Shown piece by piece: positions 40,101-49,100 of a stretch of DNA of 64,000 nucleotides. Below the pieces are notes generated by a model. That model was not told the DNA's origin. It ran no database searches and saw only the letters and a program-made list of their open reading frames with translations. The stretch's first letter is position 1; each line of letters starts with the position of its first letter. Source of the stretch: Raillietiella orientalis (Eukaryota); NCBI GenBank assembly GCA_036172245.1, contig JAYWIR010000057.1:372001-436000 (forward strand), read 5' to 3'. The translations under genes and the position numbers were made by a program.

Positions 40101-43100
40101 GATTCCCGCGGGTGCTACCAACATGAGGATAGTCCACCAGAACCGCAAGAGAGATTCCACTGCGTACATCGGTAACGCCCGCCTTCCTCCGCCCCACATC
40201 CGCCTCCTTCCCGCGCCGCGAGCGCTCCTTCTCCGTCTCGCATCTCGCCTGGACCGTCCGCGGGCGCAGAGGTCCCTCCGTCTCCGCCTCCGTGCCCCAG
40301 AGCTCTCGCTTGCTCGCTCTCCGGCATCCGGCCCGGTGGATGGGGGCGCCCCGCATCCGGTTACTGCACCCACGTGGACGAGTCCCTGCGACCGGTAGCT
40401 GCTCCTCTTCGCTTCCCCTGCGCTTCGCGTTCGCGCGCGGCGCGGAAGGAAGGAGGATTTTCCTAGGAAAGGGCGGACGCCACAAGTAGGGCGGGTGCTT
40501 CCAGCCCTCCGTGACCCGGTCAAGCGAGAGTACATCCTGAACGGAAACTATGTGATGACGGGTTTCGAGACCACTCTGTACTACTACGGCACAGCCGTCC
40601 ACTACTCCGGCTCCGGAGGCCACATAGAGCAGGTTAGCGCCTCGAGGCCGCTGCTGAACCGGTTGGGAGTTCAGGTAGGGGTCGGGGTCGCGGCGGACGG
40701 CCGGGTGGTGACCTTCGCGTTTGCGAACTGTCAGGTGGTCACCGCCAGCCCCGTGGCACACGTGCACATCATGTACGAGTACGTCATCTCCAACACATCC
40801 ACGTCGTCCCCGTACGTCTGGAAGCTGCGGGAGTTCACTCCCTGTGACCGCCTCTGCCAAGGTATGGCGCCTTCGCCCTCCCCCCTTCCTTCTCTCCCTT
40901 CCGGGCTGACGGGTGTGCTCTCTTGCTCCCGCGACCCGCAGGGACCAGGTACAGCGAGCCCGTCTGCGTCAACAGCGACCACCAGACCGAAGTCAGCGAG
41001 TACAAGTGCCACACGCAGAAGCCCAAGAGGATCGCCGAGCCGTGCAACGGGGGATGCCACTTGCGGTAGGCGGGCCCTCCTCCCTTCTCCCTCCCCCGTC
41101 CCTTGCCCTTCGGCGGCGGCGATCTCACCCGCACTGTGCCCTTCCGGTTCCGCAGCTGGGAGGAGAAGGAAAGGTCCAGTTGCTCGGCTACCTGCGGCGA
41201 AGGTCAAATTCGCGTATCCTTCCAATGCATTAAGCAGTCAGGTCACAAGCGAGACGTAGTTGACCACCACAATTGCGATTATGTCGATAGGCCGGAGGAA
41301 CTGGAGAGTTGCTTCGTCCACTGCAACGTCGCCACGTGGCACTTCAGCGACTGGAGTGAGGTTCGTGACCCTTTAGGGCGACCACCACTCCTCATTGGCA
41401 CCCCCTTCCCCCCTTTTCCCTGCTCTCCCCTCCGCCCCTTTCTTTCCGACGGTCAGTGCTCCAAGTCCTGCGGCGCGGGCTACCGGCGGCGCAGCGCCTC
41501 CTGCCAAGACGAGGCGCTCTACTACGTGGACGAGAGCAGGTGCAACCAGAGCGAGAAGATCTTGGTCGAGCCTTGCAACCTGCGGGAGTGCCACTACTCC
41601 GGCGGCGGAGGCGGCATCGGCAACTCCGGACGCAGACAGGTGAGCGGACGGAGGAAACCGGAAGCAGCGGAGCCGGCGGGCACCCAAGGGGCTGCCCGAC
41701 TTCCCAAAGAGGGAGCTGCGGAAGGGCGGTGATCCCTCTCGGGAGGAACGCGGAGAGGAGGCGAGTGCCCCCCGGCGAGCGAGAGCGAAAGTGATTTCCC
41801 TCCTATCCCCTCCCTGCAGGAGGAGGAGGCCAGCATAAGGAGCCGGGGTGAGAGGAGAGCGGCTCCTCCCCCACTGCGGGTTTGGTCCACTTGTAATGAT
41901 CGGCGCCGAGAATGGGTGGGTTGTGGGTTCTCAGTCCACCTGCGAGATGATTCTGGTTGGCTCGCGCGTCGGGTGTCGCCCGCCATCGGAGTGGGTGCCT
42001 CAGCTGACTGGCAGGAATTGGGGTGGTTCTTCCAGAAAGCACGGAACGGGTTCTCCTCGGAGGTTCCCTCCAAGGAGTAAAAAGGAAACGGTCCGTTATC
42101 AGGGTCGTCGCTCCAAATCACTGACTGCATCACACACATCCCCGGAGGGCGTGACAGTAAGGGGCCAGACAATGGGAGCCCTCAAGACTCCCATCGTCTG
42201 GCTGCTGCCCGATTCCCCCACGACATGGAACAGAAGTCCTTGCGTGCTTGGCGGACCAAAGCATAAAGGAGCGCGCGCCTTCGTGGTTCCCTTACTGGTC
42301 TCGTTTTCCCGTAGCTACGGCAAGGACGGCTTCCGGGTTCGACCTCCCGTTCCACGAGGAGGTGCGATCGACCGGGAGAGGCGTGCGGTCCGCCTCGAGG
42401 ACAACTCAATTGGAGAGATTGACTTGGGCGATAAATGTCCTACAGTCGGCCCACCGAGGACGGAAACCCTGAGTAGAGCCGGCTTGACCCGGATTTTCAG
42501 TGTGAACGCGTGACCGCGGAAACGAGACCCAAAGATTCTTTTGACGTTGGGCGTGCAGGTCACGAGTTTTGAGCAAAAGGTGTCAGAAAAGCTGTTACCA
42601 CAGCTATACAGCGCAGAAATCTCGTAGCCATGTCGCTTTTCAGCCCTTCGGCGCCGGTTCTTCTCGTCGCTGTGGGGCAGAATTCGCCGAATTCGATTGC
42701 TGATCCGCCAGCGAGGGTCATGAGCTAGATCTGGGACCGTCACAAGACAGGTCACTTTCAACGATAAACGGCCGTTGCGATGGGAATCCCGCTGGGTACG
42801 AGAGGAATCGCAGGTTCGGACAACCGGCGCGCGTTCTTGATCGGCCGGCCGGCAGGGCGGAACTGTCATCTGCCGGATAGTGCCCGAACGAACCCGTCGT
42901 AGTCGAGCTGGCCAACGATGTGGTCCTTGCGCCTCCAGTATCGGGCGGGCGGGTTGGGCAGGTGTGCTGGAACCTTCCTCCTTCCCTCCAGGGACGGGTC
43001 ACCCTGCCACTGCCATCAAGCACCGGTAAGAGAAAGCCTCGTGCCCTCTGGCAGCGCGCGGAGCGACTTGGACCGCGGACGCGCGCGCGCTTGCGGCGTG

Positions 43101-46100
43101 GCGAGCGTGCCGCAGACGGCTTACGTGCCGACCGGGTTGTTGCACTTGGTGGAGCTGAACATCACACTGCGCTCCACGGAGACCTATCCCTTCTGGCCGA
43201 GGAAGTTTTGCAGGGGGGAAGGGGGAAGACGTGCGTGTCTCCTCGATAAAGCGGCGGAGGACCCTGGCAGGAGCGGAAGGCTGCAAGAGGTGGCGGGCAG
43301 GGAGGGAAGCGTCACGAAGGCTCTTTGAGGATAGACAGAAATGATCCAGGAAGCAGCAGAGGCGGAAAAGACTGGGAGCGATCGTGACGGCTGCCATTGG
43401 GTGGCAGCACAAAACGGCGGGCGCAGCCGGCGTGACTTTCAAGTGGTAAACAGAGAGTGCAGATAGGGCTCCTGCAAAAGACGGAGGCGGTCGCGATAAG
43501 AGAGAGTCCTTAGGGGGCACAGCAGACGCACAGTGGGAGACTTGGTGAGGGAGAGGAAGGGGAAGGAGGTAGGGCGGAAGCTGCGAGTGATTTTCCGGAC
43601 GATAATGACGTAATCGCAGGGACCGAGACGGAAGCGATCTCGGTCGACGATGGAAGTTATAGCGAGCAAGGAGTAAGGGCCGAAAAATGGTGGTCTATGC
43701 GACCGGGCGTTGCCATGGGAACAGCGGTGGGAAAGCACGGGGTTATTTGATCGGCAGAGGACGGAAAGGTTCCTATTCGCCATCCCCTGCCGATCTCAGG
43801 GCACTCTCATTGCGGGTTGACCGCGCGACTTTGGTCTCGAGCTCCATCCTCCGGGCCGAGATCAGTTCCAGCGCTCCCCTCATCGCTTCACCCGCAAGCG
43901 TGCGCGCGAAACGGGACAGTTCCATCCAGGACGCGCTGCCCGGCTCCGTTCCCGCACTCAGAACATGCCGCTGCCCCAAGGAAGGGGCGAGGCATCGGTC
44001 GTGACGCCGCTTCCCGCCTGAGCCCCGGGCAGTGCTTCTGGGCCGACCACCAACTCTCGAGATGCGCGACCCTTATGCTTGGCGGGCATCCGCCCTCCGC
44101 GGAAGGAGATGGAAGCCAGGTCGCTGCAAGAGGGCAGCGTTTTCGCAAAGCCATACCGTCGATCCTTCTTGCATCAGGGCCGTAGCGGGAGGGGCCCTCT
44201 GCGGAGGACACAGGGCTCCGAGGTGCTCCACGAAGCAGGGCACCTTTCCTTTTCCTGCCCCGCGGGGAAACCGTGAAGGAGCGGCTCGGGGATGAACTGC
44301 CGCGGTCCTGCTGGCCTCTTCCTGGCGCGTGCCGCGCACGTGTGCCCAGTCGCTTCCTGGCAGCGCGGCTTCGTGGAATGAGCACGTGGGAAGGACGTCT
44401 TCCAGAAGTTCCCTGTTCGACGCACCTTCAGCCCTTCCGAATGTTTCTTTCCCTTTCTTCAGAGGAGTCCACGCGTGAAGGAGTTCCCATGCTCACGCGT
44501 CTTATCGGTCTTCTCGCCTCGCGCGGTGCACGGGTCACCCAGAGTGGCAGTGTTGGTTCATCGCTGCTTTGTGCAAGTCAGAGGTCTGGGGGAGCGGGGG
44601 AGAGAAGACGGAATAGAGGAAGACAAGTCATCCCCTAGCTCCCACAGGAAATTCTTGAAGCCTCTTTTCTCCTGGCGCCTTTCAGAAAGGTCGGTTTCCG
44701 CAAGGTTTCTCTCGGCATTGACTTCATGCCATGGGGAGTAGGCATAAAAGTTCGGTCTACCGCAGCTGAGGATGTGGAGGATGTTCTCGACTTCGTCGGC
44801 GCGGCAACTGAATTGCCGGAAAACACCGAATGCTTTCCAAGAAAGGAAGGAAGGGAAACAGCAAGATTCAGGAAGAACAAAGGGAATCCCTACAGAAAGC
44901 ACCTCCGAGAGTCGAATGCAGCCTTCCCTTCGGTATCCACGCTGCGTGGACCTTGAAACGAGCGGAAGATTGCAGCTCGTTCCACTCGTGAGACAGAGTG
45001 GTGTTAGCAGGAAGACAAGGGACGGGGCAACCAATGCGGACTTGCTTGTTTCCGACAAGTTCCTCGACCAGATCTACGGCCGCCACGTCCGCAGTCCCTG
45101 TGCCATCGGACAGCAAGGAATGCGTGATACCAACACTTCCCTTTGCTGAAGCTGGCCTTCCATTAGCTCTCCAGGAGCTTCCACTGGTCTTCAGTGGCAA
45201 GAACCCCTTCAGAGGTCATTTATAGAAAGAACACTCTCGCCTGCGATCAGCAACCGTTAAAAATGCTGTTGCATTCGTCACTGCCTATCAGCAATGGGAC
45301 GAATGGAATCATCTGCAAAACGAGAAAAGATCGGATTTATCACGTCAGCAACCGCTCTTTCCCATGTGTCTCGTATACAGGCGAATCGTCCTGTGTGTCT
45401 GACAGACGGAAACTGACAGAACGGCAATGTTTGCTCCCGGGATGTTCAAGCACCGCAGAGCGTGCATGATCGAGGCCGCCTGCGTTCTCTGCTTGCGCGG
45501 CTCGATCACAGGTGCGGCATTGCAAAGGAGGACTCAAAGGAGGGATGCCTGCACGTCACAGGGCTTGGTCCTGATGTCTCTCATCCACCTCTCGGAAGCG
45601 AACTCGCTGGCTGAACGGTGAACCCTTGTCCGGTAGGATACTTACCTGGCTTCGAGGCTGGATTGTGATCAACACGGCAATTCCTCCGGAGCGAGGCCTT
45701 GCCACTGCACGCCGGCAGGGCTGACCTCCGCGATAACCCCAAATGCAGGTTACTCGGAAGCATAGGACACTGTCGACGAACGGGGCAGAAACCACAGCTT
45801 GCTTTCTCCGTAAGATGAAAGGCAGCCATTGTGGCGCCACTGAGAATTTGAACTCGCGGACACAAAGAACTAAGGATAGACCGCGGGCGGAAACAAATCA
45901 GGTGGCTTCCGTTTCCTGTTCCAGGTTTTCGCCTTTTTCTTGTCCTTTGTCTCAACTTTGAATAAAACAAAGATTGAGAAGCAGGTGAATCGTCTTCTAA
46001 AAAAGGAAAAAGAAGGCGTACATTCCGGAAGTTGTAAACCGGATGGTAGCAGATTTTTCGAGTCCGATTGGGCAATCGATTCGTCCTCTTCTCCTTAATC

Positions 46101-49100
46101 ATTCATTTCCTGTCCTACTTATAATCGCTTCAAGTCATTACTTGTCCTGCGAAGGGTTGTCGCGACTGGCAGCACTCGGGCAAAGAACCAGCGGTGCTCT
46201 TGTTGTAGTCGAGCACTACAACACGAACACCGATCGTGCACGTGCTGTTGGCGCTCGAATTTCAGAGAGATTTCTGTTGTACAGTTCCAGCCTCAGATGT
46301 TCGAATAAAGCCTTTCGAACCATGTAGCAGGTCTTCAGGAACCCGAGAGTCTTTTGGTCCAGGGAGGTCTGGGAAGAAAATTCATTTTCGGACGCTCGCT
46401 TGGATTCCTTGGGCAATCAGACAGATGCCGCGCAAATACGTGTCCGTGAAGCAACCTTTGGTTAGCGGATATTCTGTTCTGATCAGTGCTCTGGCCATGG
46501 AATCCGAAGATGGACTTGAGAAACGGATGGGATACTCCGTAGCCTGCCACTGGCACCCTGGGTCTTCCGGGACACCCGACACGCTTCTCTTGTGTTTCTT
46601 CTCGGTTTTGAGTTTTCCGAGTTTTTTTTTCTTGCGTTCTTCTGCGAGGTCTGTCGAGATCACTCCCAACCATAAATTCAACGTGGTATTTTGATGACCT
46701 ATGAAGGAACAAGAATAGCTCTTCCGTAATTAATTTATTGCGAACGCCGACTGCTTTACCCTGCGGCAGCATCGAGACAATATGAAACAGCGGTCATTCT
46801 GCAAAGCGTGCTCCTCGGTATCGAAGTCTCCGGGTCACTACTATTTTCCCATAAATCTATGTTTGACCTCCTCTAGAGTACATGATTAGAAAAATCACGC
46901 GCACACATTGTTCACATATCAGTGTGTGTGTATGGGTGCGTGCGTAAGCAGATTTAAGCCAAGAAGTGGTGGGTCACTTTCAGTTTCATCCAAATCTGAA
47001 CTTTGTTTTCCTTTGCTCTCGCTTCACACGCGCACGCACGTTGTGTGTGTACATTTAGTTGGCATCACGCCTAAGGGCATGGGGTGGCGTAACGCACCTG
47101 TCCATGTACGCAGCACGTACATGGCACTCTCGCTCCGGCAAGGTGGTGCCTCTCTTCATACCTGTTGTTCCGAAATCCCGCTCGAACTCTCCCAGGTCTC
47201 CTGCACCTCTGCCAAAACGCGGAACCGGCAGATTTCCCCTCTGTAGCCGTCTGTGAAGGAAGCGAGGACACGGTCGAAGGGAATTCTTTGCCGTGGTGTC
47301 TCACAGGCACACCGCAGGCGCCGTGCGACTATCCCGAAAGCACGAAACGGGTGGTCAAACACGCGGTGTTTCGAGCACCGTTTCGCCAGCAACCGAGGTG
47401 TTCCAAACCGCAGCCGCAGGGCTGCCGTTTTTCCGACCCGTCGAAATGACCGGATCCCACTAATTTGTCCTCAGTTGTCTCGGTCGTTTCGCTCGCTGCG
47501 TTCGTTTTTCGCCTTCCACTTTCCCACATTAAACGCGTGTGGGAGATAATAATTCCCCAATCTAAAGAAACGAAGTGAATTTGTAATTCCGCACAATCAT
47601 AATTTGCAGTCGTTCTCGAAACGATTTTTTTTTTTTTCTCTTTCAGATCATACATTACTCCGACATCCACCCCCTCGTGAATAAGAACGACCAGAGGTAC
47701 AAGATGCCGGAGTATGGATACGTTGATGACAACAGCTTAATCGTCTACGGATCTTCCAGAACTTTCGATGAGCACTCCAAAGTACGATCATTTTTGAGTT
47801 TCCACCAAAGATACCTTGACCGTTCAGCGCGAATCAAAATCAGCGGTCGTTGCATTCCTTAGGCAGAGCTCAGAGACCGATTGGCAGCGCGTCACGTAAA
47901 CTTCGCTTAACCCCACCAGCATGAAAGGTCACGTCGATGCAGATTCCTCAAGCAGATTCCCGTGTGCCTTTCGTGGCACAGGATGTGATTCGTTCTGGCG
48001 CCCCGTGCAACTCGATGACTGGCGTCATGCCCGAGGCGGTGTTCCTTCTACCTTCCCAGAAGCCTCGATTTTTCGGCTGTCCACTCCTTTCGAACGTCGT
48101 CGTGTTTCCGGATAGTCCCTTCCGTGACCTTCATTTGAAACCACGTTGCGTTTCTTTCTCGAACCGGTCTCTCTTCAGGAGAGACCTTCGTTCATCATGC
48201 GACCGGATGCTGGATGAAAAAGATCCCTGGCTCGTTTCTGAAGCTTCGGGATGCGCGAGCATCTCGGGAGTGGCGGAAACCGAACTTTCGCTTTTGCTGA
48301 GCACTCGATGAGGAGCCTGAGGATCCGCCGTGCGATCTTTCAGACTCTTCCTCGGATCCTGGTTCGTACTCGAAGTCGTCGCTCCATTAATGGTGTCAAA
48401 CGATGCTCAGAAAATAACCTTTTGCTCTTCGGCTGTTCCAGAACGTCAAAGATATTGCTCGCGATCTCAGGAGCGTCTCATCGCTCCCTTGTAACTTGTT
48501 CCAAAACTCTATAATCATAACCTTCAGCCAAACGGAGAGTGCGGTAATAATAAATCCAACGGAATTCGTGACAAGGGAGAACATGTGTGACATTTTGCTT
48601 GTAAAAAGTGTCCTGTTTTGGGAACTGCGTTTTCCCGTGTAAGGTATGGTCTCGGAATACCTGGAATTTTAGAATTCTCAGGAGATTCTTTCCTCCCGTG
48701 CGCGCACGTTCCCTACCTCGGCCTCTCATGAGAAGTCCTGGTAGGGTCCCCACTCGATGACGAGTCCTCCATCGCTCGAGCAGTTGAAAGTGTGAACTGA
48801 TTGAATAGAAGTATCGCCAAATGGTGCACAGTTTTCATAATGGGCGACATTTTTTCCTTTATTCTGCCAGTGTTCAGTTAACTGTGGAATCGGACACGTT
48901 CTTTGTTCGAACGGCAGGAACTGTCAGCACCAGATATGTGACATGGGTCCGTGCGAGCGCTGGATTCCTTCAGATTGGTCTCCTTGCTCTGTTACTTGCG
49001 GGAAGGCAGGTACAAGTATGTACCGTCAAACTTGTCACGTAAGTTTGTTTGTGGAACAGGGCCTGAAGCAACGGCAGGTGCATTGCGTCTCTGTCCTCAA

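Noticed and set aside
36579..40860. Antisense ORFs (251, 178 and 311 aa) over the protease exons
   Set aside because: Expected shadow of strongly C/G-ending codons on the sense strand.
43439..43783. [13 protein letters not shown] resembling a CR1/L2 RT tail (minus strand)
   Set aside because: A single short motif without the expected flanking motifs.
49039..49059. Consensus donor CAC|gtaagt
   Set aside because: It implies a 21-nt intron, far below the 39-nt minimum seen here, and would disrupt the TSP1 consensus.
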